A stretch of 64,000 nt of DNA from Mytilus edulis (lineage: Eukaryota), in assembly GCF_963676685.1 (NCBI RefSeq), contig NC_092353.1:59024001-59088000 (forward strand). Direction: 5' to 3'. The translations under genes and the position numbers were made by a program. Within the stretch, counting starts at the first letter, position 1; each line of letters opens with the position of its first letter. Below are positions 53,801 to 60,368 of the stretch, one piece after another. Under the pieces are notes generated by a model. It saw only the letters and a program-made list of their open reading frames with translations, made no database searches and was not told where the DNA came from.

Positions 53801-54756
53801 AGATTTTATGGGACTTTTTTCTGTGTGTATCAAGGGCATTTTATAATGCTATATATTAGAACTAAACCATTTTCTGTTGCAATTAGTTTGAGGTTAAATC
53901 TTAGTTTGACTGGACTAACACAACATAGATAACTAAAGATTAAGCAACATGAACCCCACCAAAAAACTGGGGTTGATGTCAGGTGTTCCGGAAAGGTAAG
54001 CAAATCCACATGTGGCACCTATAGCTCTTTCATGTTAAAAGAAAAATTGAGAGCTCACAGACATGGTTTATCCAGCTTACTGGTCAATGTACATGTCTAA
54101 TGTTAGGAGCCTGCAATTCAGTGGTTGTCGTTGGTTGCTGTTTGTCATACTCTTTTGTTAGTGATTTTTTTTTATAAATATATCCGGTTGTATGGCGTAT
54201 GAATTGTTGAAAGTTATGATATATCGGGCCTATTGTAGAAGATTTCACAATTATATGCCAAATTTAAGAACATTTTTCAAAAATTAAATGTGCTTTCTTT
54301 ACAAATTTTCCTAAGAATTCAATTAGTATTATTATAGAGAATAATTTAAATAAACCAAAAAAAAATATATTTGTCTTTCTTTTTCAAGTTAAATGGGTCA
54401 AATTTGTATCAAAACATTTATCAAAATCTGTGTCATACCAAATTTACTGTCATCACTTTTATGAAAAATTCTGTAGTATACTTCAATTTTTATTTTTTTA
54501 TAAGATTTAGACTCCTTCTGGTCCATTTCGAGGTGATTGAATTTCGGTATTTTCAATTTTTCATTGATGTAGATAAATAAGGAAATATTCGCGACGATTT
54601 ATATTGGACCTTTTTTCTTACTAGAGAATAAATCGCACGCAAAAATAAGTTGGTTAACAATAAGTTAAAGTTCACATTTTTAGAACTTAAATTAAACTTA
54701 CGAGCAGTGGATCCGTGTAGTGTTAACACCAGAATGGTAACGAATAACGTTCTCAT
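179..54756 (-). CDS. Spliced gene model (>=28 coding exons): secreted multi-kringle / EB(EGF-like)-module protein, SP-[KK-L-EB]x3-KK-L-KK-L-EB-KK-L-KK-L-EBx9, >=1818 aa, 3' end unresolved
   Basis: Every exon listed below has canonical AG/GT boundaries. All internal exons have lengths divisible by 3 (471-483, 54-57, 129 nt) and join in phase 1 without stops. Coding total is 5455 nt. Confidence 0.88.
730..1040. repeat. Dispersed SINE-like repeat (reverse-complement fragments at ~8450-8630 and ~25060-25145)
   Basis: ccattttctaca...aatgcctgtaccaagtcaggaatatgacag...gagttcagtatttttgtgattttactttt. Confidence 0.6.
1119..1392. mobile_element. Same HINE-like family, diverged copy
   Basis: aagaatgcgtcc...ggacgaac repeats...atgcccataaatgggg; absent at paralogous ~3060. 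Confidence 0.75.
2737..2865 (-). CDS. EB/EGF-like exon 12 (FGRYKETCSTAVSSCFTPLSCKSGLCECEPNYFYNSDDNTCNT)
   Basis: 129 nt, cag acceptor, GTAAGT donor. Confidence 0.9.
4227..4355 (-). CDS. EB/EGF-like exon 11 (FNRYKEPCATAVTSCYSPLSCESGLCECHTNHYYKTDHNTCNA)
   Basis: 129 nt, cag acceptor, GTAGGT donor. Confidence 0.9.
5035..5163 (-). CDS. EB/EGF-like exon 10 (FGRYTEPCSTAVTSCYSPLTCETGLCECETHHYYKADDNTCNA)
   Basis: 129 nt, cag acceptor, GTAGGT donor. Confidence 0.9.
5910..6038 (-). CDS. EB/EGF-like exon 9 (FGSYKEPCSATVTSCYSPLVCASGLCECETNYYYNADDNTCKP)
   Basis: 129 nt, cag acceptor, GTAAGT donor. Confidence 0.9.
6889..7017 (-). CDS. EB/EGF-like exon 8 (FGRYEETCSTAVSSCFSPLSCASGLCRCGTNHYYNADYNTCNP)
   Basis: 129 nt, cag acceptor, GTAAGT donor. 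Confidence 0.9.
8635..8841. repeat. ~205-bp inverted-repeat MITE with poly-G / poly-C arms
   Basis: gctattccagaaaaaaatgtatg(G)n..gaaggca / tgccttc..(C)n catacatttttttctggaatagc. Confidence 0.8.
9029..9157 (-). CDS. EB/EGF-like exon 7 (LGRYKESCSTAATSCYSPLMCASGLCECETNHYYNADHNTCNP)
   Basis: 129 nt, cag acceptor, GTAGGT donor. Confidence 0.9.
10021..10149 (-). CDS. EB/EGF-like exon 6 (FGRYNEPCSTSVTSCYSPLMCASGVCKCETEHYYNAADNSCNK)
   Basis: 129 nt, cag acceptor, GTAGGT donor. Confidence 0.9.
10938..11250. mobile_element. Same HINE-like family, full copy
   Basis: aagaatgtgtcc...(ggac/gaac/agac)n...gcccctctactatcgtaggtgtggcataaa; absent from the neighbouring EB-unit intron (~9860). Confidence 0.8.
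11411..11539 (-). CDS. EB/EGF-like exon 5 (IGRYTEPCSTAVTSCYSPLVCASGLCECETNNYYIAEDNTCNA)
   Basis: 129 nt, cag acceptor, GTAGGT donor. Confidence 0.9.
11813..11958. repeat. Short inverted repeat element
   Basis: aacttgtaaacggt.g.gat..ccacc / ggtgggaatctcgaccgtttacaagtt. Confidence 0.55.
12253..12309 (-). CDS. Mini-linker exon L7 (DCEDPETQYRDPVDTICKA)
   Basis: 57 nt, tag acceptor, GTAAGT donor. Confidence 0.88.
14420..14890 (-). CDS. Double-kringle exon K13-K14 (471 nt)
   Basis: Two complete kringles; tag acceptor, GTATGT donor. Confidence 0.95.
15283..16170. repeat. Two copies of a SINE-like dispersed repeat in inverted orientation (~15283-15565 and ~15760-16170)
   Basis: gatgtggtatgattgccaatgagacaac...caggctcctg versus caggagcctg...gttgtctcattggcaatcataccacatc; fragments also at ~10510-10690, 37575 and 45240. 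Confidence 0.7.
16404..16460 (-). CDS. Mini-linker exon L6 (DCQDPRMQFRDPMDDICKA)
   Basis: 57 nt, cag acceptor, GTAGGT donor. Confidence 0.88.
17257..17733 (-). CDS. Double-kringle exon K11-K12 (477 nt)
   Basis: Two complete kringles; cag acceptor, GTAAGT donor. Confidence 0.95.
18540..18668 (-). CDS. EB/EGF-like exon 4 (IGSYQDPCSTTVSSCFSPLICASGTCDCEPAHFYNEHDNSCYP)
   Basis: 129 nt, cag acceptor, GTATGT donor, six Cys. Confidence 0.9.
19212..19420. repeat. Dispersed repeat; second copy at ~6667-6800
   Basis: aattga..gaaatggggaat.tg.caa...gcagacaacag.cgaagg.ca.caatgggtc shared by both copies. Confidence 0.6.
19765..19821 (-). CDS. Mini-linker exon L5 (SCENVETQYRDPTDGICKA)
   Basis: 57 nt, tag acceptor, GTAAGT donor. 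Confidence 0.88.
21186..21581. mobile_element. Short TIR element (GGAGGTTCGC...GCGAACTTCC) with its right end locally duplicated
   Basis: Inverted termini, TTAA on the left; acaagcgaacttccttcaactgaaa occurs twice (21568-21623). Confidence 0.6.
23446..23916 (-). CDS. Double-kringle exon K9-K10 (471 nt)
   Basis: Two complete kringles; tag acceptor, GTAAGT donor. Confidence 0.95.
23981..24157 (+). mobile_element. Degenerate 5'-truncated retrozyme family A fragment
   Basis: ttggcacaa...aatgctc...gagcgttaatgataggtctcatgtagactaaacacgcgcgtc...tggtacctttcataactattt. Confidence 0.75.
25540..25583 (+). ncRNA. Type I hammerhead ribozyme, intact; predicted cleavage after C25577 (GUC)
   Basis: GCGTCA-CTGATGA-GTC ttatgta GAC-GAAAC gcgc GTC-TGGCGT: full core, stems I, II and III, palindromic GCGC loop III. 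Confidence 0.92.
25893..25950 (+). ncRNA. Type I hammerhead ribozyme variant (14-nt loop II expansion, weakened stem I)
   Basis: CTGATGA-GTC ttatgttggcggaattatgta GAC-GAAAC gtgc GTC-TAGCTT. Confidence 0.75.
26687..26743 (-). CDS. Mini-linker exon L4 (DCQDPRLQFRDPMDKICKA)
   Basis: 57 nt, tag acceptor, GTAAGA donor. Confidence 0.88.
27218..27620. repeat. HINE-like element with ~160-bp internal tandem repeats and terminal hairpin
   Basis: gatgacaaact...gcaaataagttca unit repeated ~2.1 times; ends ctccgtaacgtcgttgcggggtgtataa. Confidence 0.55.
28257..28739 (-). CDS. Double-kringle exon K7-K8 (483 nt)
   Basis: Two complete kringles; cag acceptor, GTAAGT donor. Confidence 0.95.
29187..31624. mobile_element. 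Tandem dimer of a Helentron-type element carrying ~120-bp internal satellite repeats
   Basis: Subterminal inverted repeat gtcaccaaaacgga / tccgttttggtgac; hairpin tgtgttagcatcctaacaca at both unit ends; repeats of aaaatggccgccgttaccatggaaacagc; empty site at ~18185. Confidence 0.75.
30704..31283. mobile_element. TIR MITE with TTAA-like target (Kolobok/piggyBac-type ends) nested in the satellite
   Basis: TIRs AGGAGTAGGTCCGGTAAGGGCC..TTTGGCCCC / GGGGCCAAA..GGTCTTACTGAACCTACTCCT; flanks TCAA / TTAA. Confidence 0.75.
31909..32037 (-). CDS. EB/EGF-like exon 3 (IGSYQDPCSTTVSSCFSPLICALSVCDCEPAHFYNEHDNRCHP)
   Basis: 129 nt, cag acceptor, GTATGT donor, six Cys. Confidence 0.9.
32096..32780. repeat. 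Local tandem amplification of a ~117-bp intronic segment
   Basis: tatcttggtcaaccaggatcatagc...aattgaatcactcttaaaata four times; single copy in paralogous introns (~37910, ~45570). Confidence 0.75.
33460..33620. mobile_element. Same HINE-like family, truncated copy
   Basis: aagtttcaagatgattggacttcaac...gaaaacataatgcctataaatggggcataaaaa. Confidence 0.7.
33625..34180. repeat. ~168-bp tandem repeat array with terminal hairpin (HINE-like); partial paralog at 41960-42210
   Basis: tttcaaagtcaatagacca...ggccaaataatctcc three times; ends tgtctcgct...agcgagaca. Confidence 0.65.
34255..34311 (-). CDS. Mini-linker exon L3 (ECENPETQYRDPDDGICKA)
   Basis: 57 nt, tag acceptor, GTAGGT donor. Confidence 0.88.
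35861..36337 (-). CDS. Double-kringle exon K5-K6 (477 nt)
   Basis: Two complete kringles; about 13 nt differ from K3-K4 (manual count). Confidence 0.95.
37720..37848 (-). CDS. EB/EGF-like exon 2
   Basis: 129 nt; protein identical to EB exon 1; cag acceptor, GTATGT donor. Confidence 0.9.
38603..38910. mobile_element. Helentron-associated non-autonomous element (HINE / DINE-1 / pearl-like) with (GAAC/GGAC)n core
   Basis: atgcccc near the left end, tetranucleotide microsatellite, terminal hairpin atgccc...gggcat, A-rich target; absent at paralogous ~46295. Confidence 0.8.
40237..40990 (+). mobile_element. Non-autonomous Helitron (754 bp)
   Basis: A|TC...CTAG|T termini, subterminal imperfect hairpin (cccacgatatcacggg), no target duplication; empty site ggcA|Tactt at 47721/47722. 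Confidence 0.9.
41590..41950. repeat. Dispersed repeat; second copy at 52858-54030 is split by the Academ-like element
   Basis: gggacgaa.gataccagaggga.agtcaaactcat...gaaccccaccaaaaact.ggg.tgat..caggtg.tccgga. Confidence 0.7.
42285..42341 (-). CDS. Mini-linker exon L2 (ECENPETQYRDPDDDICKA)
   Basis: 57 nt, tag acceptor, GTAGGT donor. Confidence 0.88.
43418..43894 (-). CDS. Double-kringle exon K3-K4 (477 nt)
   Basis: Two complete kringles; cag acceptor, GTAAGT donor. Confidence 0.95.
45385..45513 (-). CDS. EB/EGF-like exon 1 (IGSYQDPCSTTVSSCFSPLICAFSVCDCEPAHFYNEHDNRCHP)
   Basis: 129 nt, cag acceptor, GTATGT donor; C-x6-C-x5-C-x4-C-x-C-x12-C. Confidence 0.9.
47253..47571 (+). mobile_element. 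Retrozyme family A near-monomer with mutated hammerhead (GAAA to AAAA, 47492-47535)
   Basis: Matches the 25.3-kb unit; absent from the paralogous site at 40060/40061 (tctattt|aacaatg). Confidence 0.85.
48026..48079 (-). CDS. Mini-linker exon L1 (ECEPGTQYRDPDDDVCKA)
   Basis: 54 nt, tag acceptor, GTAAGT donor; homologous to six other mini-exons. Confidence 0.88.
49234..49382. repeat. ~150-bp near-perfect hairpin (MITE-like)
   Basis: agacaataatagtgcattgacttgacatatcaa.gatataaggat / atccttatatc.ttgatatgtcaagtcaatgcactattattgtct. Confidence 0.85.
50850..51042 (+). mobile_element. Degenerate family-A-related retrozyme fragment
   Basis: aatgctcttcaac...gtcactgataagtcttaagtacatgaaacgtgtgtctggcgta; core and stem II are mutated. 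Confidence 0.65.
51835..52034 (-). mobile_element. Degenerate family-A-related retrozyme fragment, sense to the host gene, with GAAAC/stem III lost
   Basis: Reverse complement reads aatgctcttca...gtcactgatgagacttttgtagac-ttttctgatgca. Confidence 0.6.
52059..52529 (-). CDS. Double-kringle exon K1-K2 (471 nt)
   Basis: Two C..Y.G..SVT...CQRW...HNYCRNPD...PWCYT.DP...W..C.IP.C repeats; tag acceptor, GTAAGT donor. Confidence 0.95.
52971..53917. mobile_element. Non-autonomous Academ-like TIR element nested in a dispersed repeat
   Basis: TAGCCCAGTCAA...ATTGCAACAGAA / TTCTGTTGCAAT...TTGACTGGACTA; 3-bp flanks ATA / ACA; host repeat is uninterrupted at 41590-41830. Confidence 0.72.
54702..54756 (-). 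CDS. First coding exon: signal peptide MRTLFVTILVLTLHGSTA
   Basis: Acceptor ttttttcag at 54772, ATG at 54756, GTAAGT donor at 54701. 18 codons plus 1 nt; basic-hydrophobic-small residue pattern; splices in phase 1 to give Q-D-D-C-K of kringle 1. Confidence 0.85.
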
Positions 54757-55384
54757 TGCTGCGCAATCTACCTGAAAAAAATAAACACTAACAATCTTCA
54801 TCAATGTCTACTAAGAGAAAAAAAATCCTAATGAACTAAGCTAGGAGTTTTGCATACGTGCTACGTGCGGCAGCTTAAGACCCGGCCATTGAAAGGTCAG
54901 TGAAACAGTAGTTTTACTGCTTAGATCACTAGGCCAATGAAGCCCTTAAATTTGAGACAATTTCGGCTAAACAGTAGATCTTTGATTGTTTATGTTAGAT
55001 TTAATCATTTTGAGTGTCTTGTTGGCCGTCCAGGTAATCTATGAAAAAAGTTGCAACAGAATATATTATTGCTTTAATGTTGTCAGATGACTGCCATATA
55101 CAACATATAAACAGTCTTTGAAAATCAAAAATGTATAAAGGGGTCAATTCGGGGGGTCTACTTTGTGGATTTTGGCTTCCAGATATTGACACAAAAAGAT
55201 CGCCATACACACAAAGGGAGACAACTACAACAACAAGACTTTTAGTGTCAGCTACAAACGATATCGTAAACTTATTCTGCAAAACTAATTATGCAATGTC
55301 AATAAAGACTTCAATTGATGGTAAGTATCTCTATATATATATTATTATACGAGTTACAATAACATCAACGGTACCAATTTTTCT

Positions 55385-55428
55385 GCACTAGATGTGCATT
55401 TCGACAATACATGTCTCTTCAGTGATGC
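55385..55428 (-). ncRNA. Type I hammerhead ribozyme (family B, AUC cleavage triplet)
   Basis: GCATCA-CTGAAGA-GAC atgtatt GTC-GAAAT gcac ATC-TAGTGC; one stem I mismatch. Confidence 0.82.
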
Positions 55429-55732
55429 TCGTGGCCAAAATATGTAAAATCCAAAGCTTATATAAAAGATGAAGAGCTATAATCCAAAAGTTCCATAAAG
55501 TATAGCCAAATCCGGGAAAGGAATCAGAGCTTTGCATGAGGGAGATACATTTCTTAACTTTTAATAATTTTTAACATTTTGTAACAGCAAATTTAATAAC
55601 ACAAAAAATCCGTATTTTCATGCCAGTTCTTGTATACTGGGTACTAAGCTGGTGATACCCTCGGGGACTAACAGTCCACAAGCAGAGGCATCGACCCAGT
55701 GGTAGTAATAACATAACGGTACCAATTTTTCT

Positions 55733-55779
55733 GCACCAGATGCGTATTTCGACTATCATATATGTCTCTTCAGTGATGC
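55733..55779 (-). ncRNA. Type I hammerhead ribozyme (family B)
   Basis: GCATCA-CTGAAGA-GAC atatatgata GTC-GAAAT acgc ATC-TGGTGC. Confidence 0.85.
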
Positions 55780-56084
55780 TCGTGGCCAAAATATGTAAAA
55801 TCCAAAGCTTATATAAAAGATGAAGAGCTATAATCCAAAAGTTCCATAAAGTATAGCCAAATCCAGGAAAGGAATCAGAGCTTTGCATGAGGGAGATACA
55901 TTTCTTAACTTTTAATACTTTTTAACATTTTGTAACAGCAAATTTAATAACACAAAAAATCCGTATTTTCATGCCAGTTCTTGTATACTGGGTACTAAGC
56001 TGGTGATACCCTCGGGGACTAACAGTCCACCAGCAGAGGCATCTACACAATGGTAGTAATAACATTAACGGTACCAATTCTTCT

Positions 56085-56129
56085 GCACTAGATGCGCATT
56101 TCGACAAATACATGTCTCTTCAGTGATGC
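56085..56129 (-). ncRNA. Type I hammerhead ribozyme (family B)
   Basis: GCATCA-CTGAAGA-GAC atgtattt GTC-GAAAT gcgc ATC-TAGTGC; palindromic loop III. Confidence 0.85.
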
Positions 56130-57183
56130 TCTAGGCCAAAATATGTAAAATCCAAAGCTTATATAAAAGATAAAGAGCTATAATCCAAAAGTTCCAAAAA
56201 GTATAGCCAAATCCGTGAAAGGAATCAGAGCTTTGCATGAGGGAGATTCATTTACAACCTGTACAACAACGGTAGAAGCAAGAATCAGCAAAAGTAAACA
56301 TTCCCGAGTGACGTCACTACGCGGGTTTTTCACATGCTATTTTCGGCATTTTTCAAGGAACTAATCAGAACTTTTTGATATGAAATACACATATTTACAG
56401 AAATAAATGTATGTTTTGTTATATTGGACCCATTTATACGTTTTGTTTCTAAAATATTAACAATTCTACATACGTCATTGTCCAAATTTAAAATCTATGG
56501 AACGCCATTCGAGACAAAAAACTAACAATTATAATATATATAATATATATATATATATATATACACGGATTAGAAAAGTTGCATAAATTTGATCAAATCT
56601 GAGTTACTGCAACATAAAATAAGAAATATTAGAAAAATATAAATGCATTTGTGTAATCCTGATGCAAAAAAAAAACAACAAATTAATATTAAACATATTT
56701 TAAAATAAATAAGCAAATTGGAAATTACATAACTTTTTTTTTTGCAGATTATATGGATGAATTGAATGATATAAGCAAAATTAATGCAATATGCCACGAT
56801 GAGATATAATCCAACAGTGATTTAATAGTTTTAAGGTAGTTTTAAGGTAATTTATAACAAATCGTAGAGTTACATGTTCACTGCACAAATATTTGATTAA
56901 CAGTAAATATACGTATATTAGTATTGAAATATCAATTACCAGTCTCTGTATTTAAAAGATAATCTGATAGCCACGTTTTGAATAACTGCCAGGTAAAATC
57001 AAAGAGTATACAATTTGTTGTTTCTGCTTTCATAAATCACAAATCGTAAAGTATTTTAATTCTAATACACAGTGAAATAGTGATGGACGTATACATACTA
57101 AACATTATTATTAAGAAATATAATTAGGATTTTCAACTGTTTAAGGGTATATATTTTTATACTTGCAGGTATCAGTGGCTGTG

Positions 57184-59497
57184 ATGGAAAAATGCATCAT
57201 TTGCCTTAAAGATGACGATACATCATCATTTAATTTAGTCAAGTTACGTGGAAAAGGAAGCCAAGGAATAAATGGGGGGCAAGGAAAATTATTCATTGGC
57301 ATCAGATGTATCATTACTTAAATCAAATTTGGAATATGTACCTGAGAGCTTAAGCTATCTACTAGAAACAATGTTTGCTGAAAAGGACTCTAAAATGAAA
57401 ATAGCTCCTATTGGACAGGCAATAATTCAGGCATCAAGACCCCGTGTGCGTATTGCTCCTTTGCAAATTGGTCTTGGCATTCAACTTCATCACATCTTTG
57501 CATACCGTTTTCTGGTTTCTACTTTAAATAGCTTAGGATTTTGCTCATCTTATCAAGAAATTCAAAAATTTTGAATCGATAGCTGCTTTAACACAAGGCG
57601 AAATATGTAATAGTTTTATTCAATTTGTAGCTGACAACGTAGACCATAATGTGATAACACTCGATGGCAATAACACATTTCATGGAATGGGAATCATAGC
57701 CGGCATGTAATGAGACGTAGTGACAGATATTGGACAGGGTTGTCATTAGATCTTATGATTGAACAAGTGCTCATGAGAAGTGTAAAAAAACATCACAGTG
57801 GCCTTTGTCCATGCCCGTTTGTGCAACCACGAATCAAGCTATTCAAGAGCTCACAGAAGTAGGTTACTACACAAGTGATCAGCACAAGGAAGAATCAATT
57901 GCATGTCAAAAACGAGACAGAGAAGACATTATGTCAATTCTTACATTTTTATAAGAACGCAGTCAGTTCACTGTGCAATATTGAAACTGGAGTAACAGCT
58001 GATAGCTCTGTTAATGTAGACAACTCAAAAGATGTGGGCACAGCGATAATAGAATCTCTCGTTGGACAAAACGTCATTGACTATATTTTCAAGAAAAAAA
58101 AATCAAGTAATAATAGCAAAACTAGTTTCAAAGTAAACGGAGAATTATTACAAGTCAACCCACAGCTACTGTTTCAAAGATGCACCACCATAGCTAATGG
58201 ACTATTTGAAGACATATCAGAAATATTCAAATATGAACTCTGTAGTGTTCCATCTCGTTATTTGACAATAATGGCTTACCAAGACAGGCAAATAAATCAA
58301 TTCTAGCAGACTCAATTGGGGACTTTGATGGAAACTGATGTTTGGAAACAGGCACCAATGTTCACCATGTATTAGATGGTGGGTCTCTCATACATCGCAT
58401 ACCTTGGACAAAGGGAAACTCATACAATAGTATTTGTCAAGCGTATATTGATTACGTTAAAAGCCGCTACTCTGAAGCAACTTTTGTATTTGATGGTTAT
58501 CCAGATGAAACTACTGTCAAAGATATTACTCACATACGACGATCAAAAGGATGTATTTCTCCGAAAATAAATTTTTCGGCTGAAATGCCCTGTAAAACTA
58601 AAAAGGATGCATTGTTGTCAAATGAAGAGAACAAACAACGATTTATCAACCTGCTAAGTTCAAAATTTGAGGCAAGTGATTATGCAGTAGTTCATGCCCT
58701 TGACGATGCCGACTTGAATATCGTTCAAACAGCAGTCTCAATTTCGGAAGAACGACATGTCGTTGTTATAGGTGAAGACACAGATTTGCTTGTTTTACTT
58801 TACTATCATGCCATAATGCACAACAAAAACGTTTATTTCAAGTCAGAACCGAGGCAAAGTGTTCAAAAGATCCGAATATAGGGATATAAAAAAACAAAGA
58901 AACATTTGGGTGAAGCTATCTGTCGGTTGTTGCCGTTTATACATGTATTTAATGGGTGCGACAAGACACCACGAGTGTTTGGGTTAGGAAAAGGAGCACT
59001 ATTGAAAAAAGGTTAGTCATATTAACAAGATCAATCACAGCTTTTCCATCAGAAATCAAGTTAAAGATCAGGTTGTCAAAGCTGGAGAAGAGGTTTTAGT
59101 TGATTTGTATGGCGGTGTTCGGTCAGTAGAAGGCTTAGATTTACTTCGATACAGGAAATTTGCGTCAAAGGTCGTTGTAGGGAACATTTTCGTTTAAGTC
59201 GTACTCTGTCGTCAACATCGGATGCAGCTACATAGCATGAGAACCTTCTATCAAACACAAATTTGGATTGGAGAAGGACATGACTTAGATCCTAATCAAT
59301 GGGGTTGGTATACATCAGAGAATAAACTAATGTCTGTTAGATGTTTATTACCACCGGCACCCCAAAAACTGCTGAAAGTAATACGATGTAACTGCAAACA
59401 GAACTGTGATTCAAGAAGATGTTTGTGCCCAAAACATGGAATTGACTGTTCTGCTAGTTGCGGCATAGTTATTCAAAGTGATTTGGACGAAGTTTAG
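57184..59497 (+). pseudogene. Decayed Academ-like transposase/XPG(PIN)-nuclease gene with C-terminal Cys-rich finger
   Basis: Fragments MEKCIIC..., FIQFVADNVDHN...GNNTFHGMGII, VLDGGSLIH, FVFDGY, DDAD, GEDTDLLVLL, GCD..GLGK and CNCKQNCDSRRCLCPKHGIDCSASC; many frameshifts and stops. Confidence 0.75.
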
Positions 59498-59922
59498 ATT
59501 ATTTGTTTGTTGTGTATGGGGGAAAATGGCTATGACTATGATTTTAAACAACACAAGTGTTATATAAACAGGTTAGAGAACTAGACATGTCACTTTAAAT
59601 ATGAACTATAGACTAGTATGGACATTGTCCATTGAATGTGTAGCTGATATTTTTTTTGTTCCTCTCCAACTTCTGCTCAATATATCTATAAAGTTAGAAT
59701 AACTAGCCGTTAAAAAGATATATAATTTCATATGTTTATTTTTGTTGCAACTAGAATTAAAAGTACTAATTTAACATTTTTTCATGATTTTTTTAAATAA
59801 ACCTCTTATTTTTGACACGTGTTATAATTTTTGGTCATGGATTTACTATTTAAAATTTTGTTATAGGCAGGCATTACAAATAACAGGTGACAAATTAAAG
59901 TTCTATTTTTATTGACTAGTAC

Positions 59923-60368
59923 TTAGAATGAAATTCAAAACAGTGTAGCTGTGGCCATTGATTGACACATTAAAATCATCCATTGACTGGGACAATTTAG
60001 GTGAACGTTTGTATGTAACGACCAATGCTCACTATGTACTTTTTAAAGACACTTAAACTATGGGGTCACCAAAGGTTCTCAACACCTAAGTAAAGTAATT
60101 CGAATTAATCAGAAATAACACGATATTTTGATTTATATCAATTATATAAATCAAAACACAAAGGTTATTCCTGATTAATTTTTCGAATTATTTTATAATT
60201 AAAGGCGTTAAGAAACCTTTGGTAATCCCACAGTTTAAATGTCTATCGTAGGTACGTCGTGAACAGTGGTCGTTACAGACAAACGTTCACGTAAATTGTC
60301 CCAGTCAATGGATGATTTTAATGTGTCAATCAATGGCCACAGCTACACTGTTTTTAATTTCATTCTAA
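59923..60368. mobile_element. Foldback MITE, ~446-bp near-complete palindrome
   Basis: ttagaatgaaatt.aaaacagtgtagctgtggccattgattgacacattaaaatcatccattgactgggacaattt... with matching reverse complement; pairing continues to the centre. Confidence 0.85.

Larger units (their letters stand above)
55358..56253 (-). mobile_element. Retrozyme family B, ~2.5 tandem units (cleavage sites 348 and 352 nt apart)
   Basis: Near-identical direct repeats, each with a minus-strand hammerhead core. Confidence 0.88.

Noticed and set aside
55571-56113. Two similar ORFs (105 and 63 aa) as duplicated small genes
   Set aside because: They are chance frames across the retrozyme tandem repeat.
57272-59497. Functional host nuclease (FEN1/XPG) or tesmin/CXC gene
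   Set aside because: Multiple frameshifts and stops, transposase-like upstream fragments and a TIR-like end indicate a dead transposon.
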